Origin: Hydrolagus colliei
Lineage: Eukaryota
Assembly (NCBI GenBank): GCA_035084275.1
Contig: CM068746.1
Coordinates: 29,140,001 to 29,204,000, forward strand
Direction of reading: 5' to 3'
Length of the DNA stretch: 64,000 nt
Numbering within the stretch: position 1 is the first letter of the stretch; each line of letters begins with the position of its first letter. A model generated the notes under the pieces. The model was not told the origin of the DNA, did not search any database, and saw only the letters and a program-made list of their open reading frames with translations. Positions 47,628 to 61,819 of this stretch are shown piece after piece. A program made the position numbers and the translations under genes.

Positions 47628-50200
47628 TTGTATCCAACTTATCTTTCCTTTACATCAGTAAAGAGCACTCCCTGAGGTGACTGAGTCGTCTCAAGCCAGT
47701 AAGGACCTTGGCTCATTCCAGACATCTCTGGTACCATCAGAAGCCAAATATAACACGTTCATGAAATTCAAATTTGAAAGACATATTGTATAAATCAAGA
47801 GGACAGAAGGCATCAAGGAACTCCCCCTGTTAAATACCAAGTAAACATAACATTGGAAGTGAATCAAAGGAATTCTTGTGACTTGTTCCAATATGCCTTA
47901 TACAAACACTTACTCCAATCTACTGCAGTTGCATGATTTGGTCTAATGGTGCAAGTTACCAGTGACAAAATACCATAGCTTAAGAGTTCTTCAAGGGAAA
48001 TCACTCAAATCAACATACGTAGGGCCTCTAATTTTTATCAAAAATCTGTTAAATCTTCTAGACAATGAATGCATTTGTTATATAAAAACAAGTGCAAGGT
48101 TAACTTTGTCTTATACCAAGTGTCTGCAAGCAGCACTGTTCCTCAGAACTGGCTGTTGCCAGTGTCCCCACGAATGAGAGCATTCTATTCAGAGAAACAG
48201 TCATAACAAATATAACAGTGGAGTTTATGGCGATTGCAATAGATTTTTGCAACACTCTAGGTGTTTGACATCAAGTGCACTTTTTAGTTACCATATCATG
48301 CATGCTGGCCTCAAGATGTCCTACAGCCTTATTTCTCAGTAGGATGACTTATTTTTGACGTTGAGCAATGCAATACAATAAAGTTTTAAAATACTGCTAA
48401 TTATGGTACTAATTTGCTTAACTTTTGTTTGGTTATTTTTTATGAGGACAAGTAAATGATGCATTAAATATTTTAAAAAAGTTAAAACTATATTTTTTAT
48501 TAACATTTTCCCTCTCCAAAGGCTTTAAGATTCTAAATATTACACATGGCCTATGAAACACTATAAAATCCAACACACATTTCCTGGAATTGAATAGAAC
48601 CATTGTAGGATGTTATTAAGTTGTATACACCAAAACATCTTGCAAAATTAATGCCTAGAACTTGGAATCCAGTAGGATTTTGGAATGGGATATCTCATGG
48701 ATATGTTTTATGATACATTATTTCAAATAGGCATTACATATTTGGTTTATGATTTCTTCAGCTTTTTAAATATGCTTATTTACAATTTAAGTAACCTATT
48801 TGGATCCCTTCAATTTTTCTGCATCATTTGCCATTCTTGTCTTCTGCAGTTTCTGGTCAAACTTGCTCTGTGTATATTTGTTCAAACTCCTTTCCCCACT
48901 TGTTTCTTGACTGAATCAGCCTCCTCCTTCATCGCCAACAATGGAGAGATGATCCTGCAGGGCTCATGTCTGATCTCAAGTTCCCAATCTTCGTTCTCAT
49001 TGGAAAATACTCTTTTAATGGAAAATCTAACAAATAATAACCCTACTTAAGAGTGTAATAATATAATACAGCATAAATATATGCGGGGGGGGGGGGGGGG
49101 GGGGAGGGGTGAAATCATCTGACAGAAATTTAAAAGGGAATCTCAAAACATTGATGGGTGTTTAATGCACAAGTTATTGTACAGTTATGAGATTGTCTTG
49201 TCTTGTATTATCTTTGCTTTGGAAGCTGGCAGAATTTGTACCTTTCTTGGAGTGTTGAGAGTGCTGGAGGCTCAAAATACTAGTGTGTTTTGTAACTAAA
49301 CGTCGTGGGTTTTACACATTTAAAACCATTTTAAATGTTACCCTATTTGGAACCATTACCATCATCATGACAAGCACCTAAAGTGTAGCACAGCCTATGA
49401 ATGGTAATGCAAAGTGCTGAAGCAGCTGCCAAATGCCTGAAAAAGTAACGCTTTTGTTCTGACTGTGTCTATGAAATGTCAGTGTTACATGTTGGTGCTG
49501 TGTGAGGAATATAAAGTCCATTTTTGATTCACTTGTCAAGTTAAGATTGAATGTGTGACTGTTAAAGATACGCAAATGGTGTCAGCAGGTTAATATATTA
49601 GTGCAATGTAATGCTTAAACAGATAATAGCTTTGAATGATACTTAGCACAAATTTGCTAGATAAGGGTAGATTTTCTCTCTTAGATTTCATGCTGCCTAC
49701 AAGCTTCTTCCATAATAATTAAAGATGCAGAACTAGGCACTATGGTATGTTTAATGTGTTTTCGATGGTTTTAATATGTATGGTTTTGCACTATGTCATT
49801 TTTAATATAAATCAGATGTGTTATTCCGAGTTCAGTTAACTGGTAGTCTATCTACCTGATTTACTTTCTAATGTCGGCACCTCACTCCTGGTATTCCTTT
49901 CTAGATTGCATTAATTTGTTAAGACTGATCTCTGGAAGCATAAATAAATCAAAATATATTCCTGAAAGCTGACTTTTCTCCAATCGGTTTTGTGATCATT
50001 TTGTATATTCAATTTTGACAATACTATGCCTAGAATTTACAATACAAATTACTTGCCTGCTTTGTTTCATTTTTTATTGTGTAAAATCAATTAACTCTGT
50101 ATTGGTGCTTTCTCCCTTCGGTGACAAGTAAACAAAAGTAATCAGATTAACTACCATGATGCATGAATGTCTTTTCCTATTAAAATCTAAGATATTCAGA
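47628..50200 (+). other. CNTN1: Probable CNTN1 3' UTR
   Basis: AT-rich stretch after the stop with no recognisable SINE/LINE, unlike the flanks. Candidate polyA signals AATAAA 48377-48382, AATAAA 49943-49948 and ATTAAA 50179-50184. End position is inferred. Confidence 0.55.
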
Positions 50201-51159
50201 TCAAAATTGGTATGTTACGTTGTTCATCAAATTTCACTGGAAGGCAAAAAATAATCTGTTTTGCAACTTTCATTTTCAAACTAACAGTGCTACTGCGGAT
50301 AATATAAACAATTGGGAAGCATAAACTGCCTTTTTTGTTACAAATTGATGTACAATTTACGGGGATCATCAATTCACAAAGTATTATAGATTAAAAAAAA
50401 GAAAAGTTAACAAACATTAGCTTTCCGCTGATTTCTCATACCAGTTTTAACTGGTACTGGTGTATAATGGCTGTTCTGAATTAAAGTTTATATAGACAAA
50501 AAAACAGTGCTGTTGTTTCTCTGATTGTGTTACTCCAATAGACAAGTTATCTGGTTTGATATCAAATATCTTAGAAAGAAATCATAGCAAACCATCTGAG
50601 AAAAGCAGGAAAGATGGAGCTGGACAACGCAGTTCAAGTTTGGCAAAATGTTGGTATATTTTAGAGGATGGAACAAAAAAAACAAATACATTGCAGGTGT
50701 TTATTTTACTGTCTGGTTTTACAAACCATGTTTAGAATTTAGTTAAACTGTGTGAAATAAATTTCAAAATATAGATGTGAGGCTGATGGCTGTTTGAGAA
50801 AGGACAGCTGCATTGGAAACACACAAGAAACAGAATTTTTCAGGTGGGTAGAGAACCATCTGTGAATGGTCAGAAACACAACATTGAATGAAGCTTTCTC
50901 ATTCATTTTCTTGTGGAGCATTCCTATGTTCAAACTGGTTGCAGCATTTGCCTTAAATACAGTCACTACACTTTATGACAATTCCCCATTACTAGGATGT
51001 AGAATATTCTGCTGAGTGTGTTGGTCGAAGTAGGATCAAGGCTTAGCTTTCAAGAGGGTAACTGGAGACAGATATCTAAAAAAGAGTAATTAAAAAGAAG
51101 TACAGTATTTGGAAGCATTTGTCACCTCAAGGCTTGACTATGGAAGCTTGTGAGCTTTC

Positions 51160-51543
51160 CCGCACCAGCTCCGTGAGCCAATCACCCCCACCCTCAAGAT
51201 TCCCATCCTCACTTTCAAGGCCCTCCATGGCCTTTCCCCTTCCTACCTCTCTGAACTGCTGACCCCTTATCAACTTGTCTGCTCTAACCATTCAGCAGTC
51301 TGCCACCCGACCCGCCCCACCATAGGTGGCCAGGCTTTCAGCCTCTCTGTCCCCACTCATTGGAACTTCACCCCACAATCCATCTGCCTTGCCTCAGGCA
51401 AGGCCCGACTCAAGATCCTCGTTTTGGACTGTGCCTTCAGCCTCCCTCTGCCACCTCTCTGCCCTCCTTCATTGCCTATTCAGCGCCTTGGGACGTCCGC
51501 CTGACATGAAAAATGCTTTACAAAATAAATTTGGTTGTTGTTG
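51160..51543 (+). mobile_element. L2 LINE 3' fragment
   Basis: KIPILTFKALHGLSPSYLSELLTPY..GGQAFS motif; tail cagcgccttgggacgtccgcctgacatgaaa...ttgttgttg. Confidence 0.8.
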
Positions 51544-51600
51544 ATTACCAAACTGGAACATAGTGAAAAACTCCCCCAGTAAGTGAAAATTGTGCAAGTG

Positions 51601-51825
51601 GAGTCCTGTAGCTCAGGTTAGAGCACTCGCCTCGCAAGCGAGAGACAGAGATTGATTCCCAGCAGGGCAAAACCATTGGTAAATTTCCTTACTCCACACA
51701 CCAGATAATAATCCCTCCAAAAACAATAATAATTTGGTCAATCCACAACTGTTTGTGGGACATTGTTGTGTGCAACTGGCTGACACAGCATTATATCAAA
51801 TACAAGGATTATTATTTATTATTAT
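51601..51825 (+). mobile_element. tRNA-derived SINE with internal deletion
   Basis: gagtcctgtagctcaggttagagcactcgcctcgcaagcgagagac head; tatcaaatacaaggattatt tail. Confidence 0.8.
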
Positions 51826-52036
51826 AAATGGCCAATTTAGCTGCAAACTGTTTTTTACCTCAACTCTTCGGTTTTGGAAACAAAAATGTGAATCATTCCC
51901 TAAGAATCAGAGCATGACATTACAGATATTTGATCACAAATGCTAGTCAAACCTTGAGCAACTGCACGATCAGTATTTCGGAGCACTGCGAAACCTTGAG
52001 TTTATAACCTTTGAGTTTACATTATAAATGTAAGTT

Positions 52037-52110
52037 TTGATTCATTGATTGATTGATTCATTGATTGATTCATTGATTCATTCATTCATTCATTCATTCA
52101 TTCATTCATT
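52037..52110. repeat. Compound (TTGA)n/(TTCA)n microsatellite
   Basis: ttgattcattgattgattgattca...ttcattcattcatt. Confidence 0.9.
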
Positions 52111-54477
52111 TATAGGCTAGACTAGGCTGGCTCCCCACTGCAGTGTTGCACAAGCACTACATTGTCAGAGGTGTCGTCCCGAAACTTAGGTCTGCCTATT
52201 CAAATGGATGAAGTTCTCATGGCACTATTCAAAAAGAAAAGGGAATTTTTTTGCCCAGTGACTTGGGCAAAATAATAATCCCCAGGTAAAATTGTTCATT
52301 CACTTTATAACTGTTTGTGGGGCATTGTGTGCAAATTGGCTGCTGTGTTTGCCGACAAAATACATACTCACTCCACTTTACAGCAAATCCTGTGAGCTCT
52401 TTGAAATGTCCTCTCAACATAAATGGCGTGATATCAAATGTAAGGGTTATTGTGATTATTATTACATGCAGCCGTATCAGAAAACTCCTGAAACAGCTAA
52501 CTTTCACCTTGGCAAAAGTCCAAAATGTCAAACAGGCTTTGGTTCATTCTGTCATTCTTGGTCAGACATTGAAGAGTAATTTCTGGGAGGGAATCAAGCA
52601 GTTGGAGACGAGCTCTTATGGTACAATGTAATATAAAATTACTAATGGTTAAGATAGGCTACATTTTCTTTTGATCTCTGACCTGAATCTGTTCAAAATT
52701 GAAAAACTGCAGATACAACCTGATGAAAATAATGCAACACCTTATCACGTTGAAACTTCTTAAAATCCTTCATGTCATGAATTCCTTTGAAGTGTAATGA
52801 ATGTTCAGGAGACCTGCCGGACAGCTACTCAGCACCAGTAACATCCCACAAACAGCTATGAGATGAATGACCAAGTAATCTGAGTTTGCCCATTTAGATG
52901 CGGGGGTAATATTGGCCAGTGTGCTGGGAGACCCTTCAATAGGGTCTTCAAATTCCATGTGAAAACCATCACAGCAGGCAGATAAAACTATAATTCTTAG
53001 TGTTTAATCTGAAGAAATGCAGCAGTCTACTGATAAATTTACTGATAATTTTTTATGATTTATATCTTTTCAAAAACTAGTTTCAGTTTCATGCTCTTGT
53101 TAGCAAGGTTGCAAAATCTAATAGATGTCATCACAGACGTTCGACAACTGGAAGAAACACACAACTGAACATGCCCTGCTTCATATCATCCCTAACTCTT
53201 CACTTCCAAAGAGGAGTCAGAATAACTGAGGTCAGAACCACAACAGATAATCAGGTAGGAATCAGAGGGGAAACACAATTGACAAGATTCAAAGTCCTGG
53301 GAGCGATAGATGAAAAATTGGGTGATTCAAGTATAGTACTTAATACATCATATTCAACACTATTGCAATAATCTCTGCACCCCCACCACAACAAACTTTG
53401 TCAGGTTCCTCACACCTACAAATTGCTTCATGCCCTAGCGCTTGTAGCTCTCCAACCTGTAATACTTCACTCCTCTACCTTGCAAACCTCGACCAACAGT
53501 CCAGCATTAGTGACCATACTTTCAGCCACTGTGCCCAAACCTCAGGAAATCCCTATCTAAGTCCCTCTTTCTTGTCCCCTCTTATAATAATAATAATCCC
53601 TGCATTTGATATAACGCTTTTCACTTCCTATCGACGTCTCACAGCGCTTCACAGAATACACTGCAATCTCTGACTGTGCCTACAGTCACCTCCCTCCTCT
53701 CCACAATTTGGTATCAAATTACACCATTGTTAAATTACCCTATGGGAAGGACACTATATAAATGCAAGTTGTTGTTGCTCACAAGATTGGATTTGGAGCA
53801 ACCCATTTGGTTCTGGATAAAAGATGAAATAATGTTTTGTTTAAATTTGTTGTGCAAACCAGCTTGCTCGGTCCTGTGTCATATTAGCTGCTGTAGAGAG
53901 GCGGAGCATCTCATCTGCGACAATGTGCATTGTTTGCTATTGAATTTTAAATGTAAAGTGTAGCTCAGGGCAGAAGATATGAACCAGCATTTACAATTGA
54001 GCACATATATCTGAATTATCTTGTTTTACACAGACAACCTCCTGCAGTGTTAGTAAGTGAGAATAATTAAAGTGGTTACATTTTCCTGCCACCCCGGAAA
54101 ACCCATGACATTGTAGTCTGAGGTCCAGGGTCAATGGTTGGACCAGGAATAGCTCATTTTGAATATTTTTTCCTAAATAATTATTCGATCGTTTGTGTAT
54201 GCTGGGCATATTTTTAGATTATTTTTGTTGCAATTTCTCAATCAATCTCTACATCTGTCACATGGACTTACCGTCCATTAATGTCCAATGAGTTTTGGAT
54301 ATTGATGTTTGTAATATATACCCTCAACAAATGTGATATAAAGAAGAGGAGACATTTTGAACCATTGTATGGAAATTTTACTCATGTTCCTGTTTCATAC
54401 AGACTTCTCGTCTTAAATCATCTAGTCATGTTAGCCAAAATAGGAAATAAAGTTTATGTCATATTTATCCTCTATAT

Positions 54478-54735
54478 AATAATAATCCTTGCATTTTATA
54501 TAGCGCTTTTCACATCTTCTAGACGTCTCAAAGCAAAATATGCTGTAAAGTGAATTGACTGTTATGTGGGCGAAATGCGGCAGCCAATTGCACACAGCAG
54601 TGTCCCACAAACCATCACAGATTGAAATGACCAACTCATTTTTTTGAGGGATTATTAGGTATGTGGAGTAAGAAAACTGCCTGGAATTGAACTTACATCT
54701 CTTACTTGCAAGGCGAGCGCTCTAAACACTGAGCC
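54478..54735 (-). mobile_element. tRNA-derived SINE
   Basis: aataataatccttgcattt...cttgcaaggcgagcgctctaaacactgagc. Confidence 0.82.
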
Positions 54736-55456
54736 TCAATATTGTATTACCAGTAATCTGATATGACTGCACGTAGTTAGGAGCATGTGGATTAATTTTT
54801 TTCTGGCGAACATGAAATATTGTGAGAAATTGACAGACTGTAGAATCTTATAAATTTATTGTGAAAAATTGTCTGTGGTGAAGCTCTCGAACCAGTTATT
54901 GATTTTATGGTGCTGTTTTCTTATCTTCACACTGTTGCTGGAAATTATTCTATTCTTGTGTATCAGTGCATTAAGTCAATGTCAGCAGCTCATTGTGCCA
55001 TTACTTCTCCTAGCTTCCAGGTCCATGGGTAATTCTGTTTCATTTTACCTTTGAATACTATCATTTGATGCGATAAGCCATTCCGATCTGCTGTCAAACA
55101 CTGACAGCAGACAGCATAATGACACCTGATCTTATCTTGCAGGTGACTTTTTTAAAATTTCAGTTTGAGATGAATTTGAGTAAATGTAGTCTCAGTTATT
55201 AAGTCAGCTTTTCACAGCTTTTTTTAAAAAAAATTAATGTTCCCGAAATTAAGACTTGAATTCAGAATTGTAAAAGAAATCACGAATGGGCTGAAATTGT
55301 AAGCTGTAAGCTTCACAATCTATAGCTCGCCCCAAACTCTGCAGCTCATATCCTCTGCAGTGACTCTGCTCAAAGCAATTGTAATTTTCGAGATTGAACC
55401 AATGTTCATTTGAATATTGAACATCTCACCTATTATAAGTGAAGTATTATTAGTTA

Positions 55457-55748
55457 CGTCCTACAGCTCAATGGTTAGAGCACTCGCCTAACAAGTGAGG
55501 GACCTGGGTTCAATTCCAGGGCAAAATCTTGGGCAAGTTTCCTTTCTCGTTAAACCGAATAATAATCCCTCAAAAAAAGAGTCATTTAAATCCCCGACTC
55601 CTTGTGGGACACTCCTGTGCACAATTAGCTGCTGCGATTCACCCACAAATATACAGTCAATTTACTTTACAGTATATTCTGTGAAGCGCTTTGTGACATC
55701 CAGAAGACATGGAAAGTGCTATATTAAATGCAAAGATTATTATTATTA
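55457..55748 (+). mobile_element. tRNA-derived SINE
   Basis: cagctcaatggttagagcactcgcc...ggttcaattcc head; ctgtgaagcgctttg...aaatgcaaagattattatt tail. Confidence 0.85.
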
Positions 55749-56980
55749 GTACTGTATTATTAAATCCTCCTTTTTGTTCTGTCAGTTTCTTTTGATAATT
55801 TTGTGTTTAATCAGCAAGTGTAGTCCCTGATGTCATTGAATGGCTTGGTTTGAAAGCATCGTAGGTCTGGATTATCTGAGGGAGCTGAATTAACTTCAGT
55901 GAAAATCAGATCATTAACCCGTTGAACTTGTCATTTCTCTTCCACTATGTATGTTAATTCTTCACACTGCCTGGTTCATTAACTCCTCCAAGATCATTCT
56001 CCCCACAATAACAAGAGAACCCACTATTCAAAAAAAAAGGTTGATTTTAGAAAGCACGGAATGAGAACAAAAGGATGTTCAATATATTGTTTAAATATTA
56101 GATTTTTAATAGAGATGCTTGCAAAGCAAGATGCTTTCTTTTAATGTTTCCAATATCCACAACGATTGAAAATAACTTCAGTCTAAAACAATGAGTTTCA
56201 GAAGACAAGGGCCGTTGTTTCCAATCTAAGCTGCGGCATTGCCCTCAAACTGATGTCAGCAGATGGCCGAGCTCTACAAATTACCCTTTGTGACAATTCA
56301 CTGAGACAACATAGGTTTGTAAACTAATCATACAAATCGAGCAAATCTGGGCTTCCAAGTTCGATTCTCCACAGGATTCATTAACATGTAAAACATTTGA
56401 TCAATTCAATGTTACACTTCTTGTTCCTTAACACATCTTATAAACATTGATTGACGGAGCTGGGAAACATCAATATGCCCTCCAGTGGGGAGCACAGCAT
56501 GACTGACATTCACACTGCAACAGCAATATTAATTCCCATTCACTTTCTCTGTCCACTGATCTCTTTGTGAAATATCATCAAATTGTATCTGGGTGCATCC
56601 AATGATTCTTTAAAATATGAGTCAATGTGAGATTGAGAAGAGCTGTGGTTTGCAATATGAAATTTTTAAATCATGCCATTGAGTCAAAAACATTGAGGTC
56701 GAACATTTTTACTATATGGTGTATGGCTTTACTTCACCTCTACTGCATAGCTCAGCTCCACCCCTCCTTAATCCGAAAGCCACAGAAGTACCTTAAAATC
56801 TTTTTGATCATGGCTACGGTCACCTTCACTGTCCCCACCCCATGCCCCCACTTACTCCCACTCCCCTGCTTAACTTCCAACAGTGTGTTGAAAATCGCTC
56901 CTTGATAATAACCCACATGATGGGCATATCATAAGTGCAAGTTGCAAACATAAAAAGCAGATGATTTGCAATTTCACCTA

Positions 56981-57058
56981 ATATATACAGTATATATAAT
57001 ATACTATGTATATATAATATATATGTACAGTATATATATTATACTAAATATATATACT
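56981..57058. repeat. Degenerate (AT)n low-complexity tract
   Basis: atatatacagtatatataatatactatgtatatataatatatatgtacagtatatatatt. Confidence 0.8.
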
Positions 57059-57324
57059 GATAGGATATGAGAACTGTGATATTTTATTCATTAAGAACCC
57101 AATACAGTATAACCAATGTATTTGCTAAACTTCTCAAATTTATATTAAATGTCTATACTATCCTACAAAAACAAGAGAAAATAACAAAATCCTGAAGAAG
57201 AATAATAAATAATTAAAAAGTAGTGTTGGACTGTTTTGGAGAAAGCAACCGTAGCAGCATTGGAGAAAGTATCCAAATGCTGTGACTTTTATATTGCTGT
57301 TTTAATTGGCCTAGGTTGATGGCT

Positions 57325-57872
57325 ATAATAATTATAATAATAATCCTTGCATTTGATATTACACTTTTCAAGTCTTCCAGACGTCTCAAAGTGCTTCACA
57401 GAATATACTGTAAAGGGAATTGACAGCCAATTGCGCACGTCAGTGTCCCTACAAACAGTTGTAGATTGACGTAACCAATTAATTTTTGGGGGGGATTATT
57501 TATTAGGTGTGTGAAGTAAGGAAACTTGCCCAAGGTCTCGCCCTGCCTGGAATCAACAACAACAATAAAATTAGATTTATAGAGTGCCTTTCACGTCGGG
57601 AGGACGTCCCAAGGTGCTGAACAGTTAGGTCGGGACCCAAGCAGGTGGGGGAAGGTTTGGTTTAGGGGCAGGGGCACAGAGAGTAAGGAAAGGGGGGAGT
57701 TTAGGAGGGCAGCAGAAGGCGCGTTCGAAGAGGATGGTCTTGAGACTGGCCTTGAAGGAGGAAAGGGAGGAAGTGAGGCAAAGGGATTGCGGGATGGAGT
57801 TCCAGAGTATGGTGGCAGAGAGGCTCAAACTCAGGTATCTCGCTTACTGAGTGCTCTAACCACTGAGTTACA
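57325..57872 (-). mobile_element. tRNA-derived SINE split by an L2 3' fragment (57554-57827)
   Basis: SINE tail and body at 57325-57553 end at ...ccctgcctggaat; the head resumes at caaactcaggtatctcgcttactgagtgctctaaccactgag. The intervening sequence begins with the (CAA)n L2 tail. Confidence 0.8.
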
Positions 57873-60800
57873 TGGTGTGAGAGAGAGAAAGAGAGAGAGG
57901 AGAGGGGACAGGGAGATGGTGTGACGGAGCGTACAGGAGAGATGTGAAGAGAACGCTTTAGATCTCTATTAGATCTCCATCTAAAGGAGGCAACTTCTTA
58001 CCAAAAGTGCTCAAAATAAATTTGACCAATGAAGAAACCCTGCACTAGACAATAAGAGTTCCGTATTGAAAAGCTATGAACCATTCAGCTCCTGTCTATT
58101 TGTTCCATATACAGTATGCATATCATAAGTACAGTATGCTGTAATTAAAATCATTACAGCATGAGTGATTCGATGTCCAGACCTTGCCTGAGCAATCTAA
58201 GTATAGAATAGACTCATAGAATCTTACGGCACCAAAGGAGGCCATTTGGCCCATCAAGTTTGTGCCGGCTCTTTGAACAGAGCAATTCAATCCCACTCCC
58301 CAGCTCTCTCCCCATAACCACGCAAACCTGACCAACCCAAATAAACAAATGTTGCATATATTTTACTGAATTGATCTCCAAATGAAGTTTTTGTGCCGTT
58401 AGCTGTTCCCCTTTGGCTGTGGCTCAGCACCACTATTACATACAGTATTATTAAAAGAACAAAGCAGACTGTGATGCCAGTGAAGCCATGGGTGCACAGC
58501 CTGACATCATGTTCTCTGTGGATGCAGAAAAAGACATTCAACCAGATGGAGGGGGTCTTCTACTCCCTACTCAACAAAATGGCCTCAGTGCTGTACTCTA
58601 AGGATTATGAATAAGCATTTGTAACCTTTTTATTTTTGCAGATCAACAAAGTTCCACAGTTTGGCAGTGATGAGGTGCAGGCACACAGACTACCCTTCCT
58701 CTTCAACTCAGCAAGTGCAGGCTGTGGAATGTAAGCTCGCCATTTGATGGCCATTGGAGTCCTCAGTCGAATAGAGCTGGCGAACAGCGGTTCAAGAGAG
58801 AAATGGAGAATCTCAATGTACAGCATGGCTGCTCTTAGAGCAGAGCTCCACTCAGGAGGGGACAACTCATCCCAGTTAACTGGCTACTTGACCATAAATC
58901 CACCACACCTCCCAGAATTTTACATCGGCCAGCAAGTGGCCTAGGTCTGCAGCCTGGCGGAGGAAAATTACAAATGTAATTTCTGTTGTTGCTGTTGTAT
59001 GGGACATTCCACAAGAAGGGCTTTTTACCAAAGTAGAACCACACTGCTCTTATACGCTGGATGTTCACACCCTGCCCATCTACTCACAACCTGCCCAAAC
59101 ACTCAACCTTGCCCATACATTTACACCCCTGCCCTTTCACTCACATCCTGCCCATCTACTCACACCCATCAAGTCCACTCATAATTTGCCCTATTTATTA
59201 TAATATTCCACATGCCATCTCAGTTGCCAGGGATACTGTGCAATATTCATAACCTTGAAGGTAATCAAAAAACAAATATCATCATTTTCATCAGATTATC
59301 AGATTATGAACAATAATAAATATTTAGTATTCATCAGATCTCCAACTGGACATCGAGTTGATGAAGAAAAACGACTGCAAATTAGGTCACATCAGGTGTT
59401 TAGTGCATCAGCAACAAGAAATTATCATACCATCAGTCTGCTGCAACATGGCAAACTTGAGCCGAGGCTGAAGTTACTCATGAACAAAAAGCGTTGCATT
59501 TCACAACTCAAAAAAACCATGCCTGTCCAAGGGAATGATCACAAATACCACAGAAACTGATACAGATACACTTTGTGGAACCCTCCTCACTTGTCTCCAA
59601 ACACCAGACACCAAGAATAAATCCCTGCACTCTGCACCAGGGTTCCACAATAAACACACTTGCCTTCTGAATGGGCTTCAAAATAAAATAACGATTTAAA
59701 CAAGGATTAAAGGAATAGTTTCTCTGAAGAAAATTACAGAGCTATTTCATTTCCAGGAAAATTTAAGATCCCTTACAGATACTCGAGCATGTCACCAGCA
59801 TGTATTTCCCATTGCACCAACAGACGTGAAAGCTGATCTGCACTGTATGTATGAGCTCAATATGTCATGCTACATTACAGGCAGTCAGTTGAGAATCCAA
59901 GTGTATCAAATGTACAGAAAAGATTTCTGTACATAATTTCTTGGACTTCTTCCATTTGTATTATGTTACCTTTTCCCTTTGTTGTTGTAGTTGCCAGTAA
60001 AACACTTGCAATGGTGTGTCAAGCAAGGAAATGTGCCAGTCATTTGAGTTAATCCAAAGTACAGTACAGTAATATATAAAAGCTGTGGTGCACTTTAGAT
60101 AGGACATTGTGTATCTGTGTGGCTATTTGAAGGTGATACTTTGTTTAAATTGAACTCCTTCACTCATGTTTTCTTACAAGTCTTTCCTATCGCGCAAAGT
60201 TATTTTCACATCATCTTTCTCCAAGCTTTAGTTAACTTAAAACAGCTTTCTTTCCCCCTTCTAATTACTCTCCTCTCATCTCCTGAAAGCACATGACCAT
60301 GTTTCCTTGTTAACATGATTTGTTTCCAAAACCACTGGTGGCCTCCAGTAACTAATCCAAACAATTTCCAAGTGTGAGCTGTAATTCTCATCCAGCACAC
60401 ATTGTACTATTGAGAAAGCATTGAGCAGCAATCAAGAGCTGGGACTCCTGCCCTCTTTGCCTTGTTTCACCAAGGTCATTGAGACCAATTGCAACATCCC
60501 TTGTGTTCCACCACTGAGATCAGTTAACGCAGTAGACCACTTGATCTGGATGACCAAGTGACATTATGGGCAAGGATAGGAAAAGGGAAACTTTCATTCA
60601 GCTTTTTATGACTGTTGAGCATCCAAATTCTCTTGGAACAGTTCAAAATGGGAAAAGGGCATTTTGGTGAACTAAGGTCTGGCGAAAAGGGTTCCTGTTA
60701 AATAATCAGTGCAGTTTTACTTTGGACCGTTCCTTCATAAAAAACAGCTTCAGCTGGTTTGTTTTTAAAACTGATTCCTTCACTGGAATGTAATAAGACT

Positions 60801-61819
60801 TGAAGCAACAGAGTGCTTGGATTCCATTCAGAAGCATGAGGAGCAAAAACATTTCTGCATCCAAAATGGACAAAACAAATAATCAGTAATTGGAACAATC
60901 TCAACTCTGACCTAATTCAAAACATTTGGATCCAAATGTGCTTGATCCTTTATTTGAAAGGAAGAAAAAGCAATTCAGGTAAGGCCTGCTACACAGCAAA
61001 ACAGGTATATATATATTTTAAATTATATTATTTTAGAAGTTATATCCAGTTTTTGGTATAGGAGGGTTGAGTAGAATTACTTCTGCAGGAAGTTAAATTG
61101 ATTTAAATATTTATACTGTGCTTTGGTTTGACTACCTGGCGGAGATTGCTGAATGCATGTTTATCTTGTTGATTGTACTTTATTACTGGCAGCATTGCAA
61201 TTGTGCCCAAGGTTACTTGTTCCCCATCGCGAGTGCATCGCTCTGAAAGGGCTATTTCTGTGGAGTTTGCGTGCAACTTGAAGTGCATAGCAGCATTACT
61301 CAGAGGTGCTTGACTCATAGTGCATAAATTGACTGTGTTTGTGACTGCTACAATGATTTTGTCCAATGCTTCCACATCAATCTGATCCACGCTTCATGAA
61401 CTGCACTGCCAGAGGGTTGCCAAGTTATATCTGAGCCATTGGATAAAAAGGGAGAATTTACATACTTAGGGAAATGCGAAAACCTATTCACGTATCCCTG
61501 ATCTTATTTTTTATGGATCATGACTGTGCCTCCTTCACGTAAGGGTGCAGAGCATTTCATGAAGATGGGGTCAGATGCCAAACACAGGGAGAGAAGGGGG
61601 AGGTGACCGTAGGTGAAGTAGAAGAAGTTTCAATAACTACTTCCATAAGCTTTAGACAGAATTTAACAACAGATGAAGAGGAGATGAGACAGAGGGGTAG
61701 AGGGAGGCTATTCTGGAGATTAGGGATGTAGTTGCTGAAAGCTCAGTCACAGACGGTGTGTGGAGAGAGGTTAGTAGCAGTAATAATAATAATATGTCAT
61801 GCAAGTTAGTAGTACAGTA

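Noticed and set aside
47894-49791. miRNA seed matches in the 3' UTR (TGCCTTA miR-124 at 47894, GTGCAAT miR-25/92 at 49601, TTTGCAC miR-19 at 49785)
   Set aside because: Single 7-mers are expected by chance in 2.5 kb; not supportable without conservation data.
61103-61420. 95-aa minus-strand ORF faintly like a hAT segment (LDKIIVAVTNTVNL)
   Set aside because: No further motifs, TIRs or splice context; cannot be supported.
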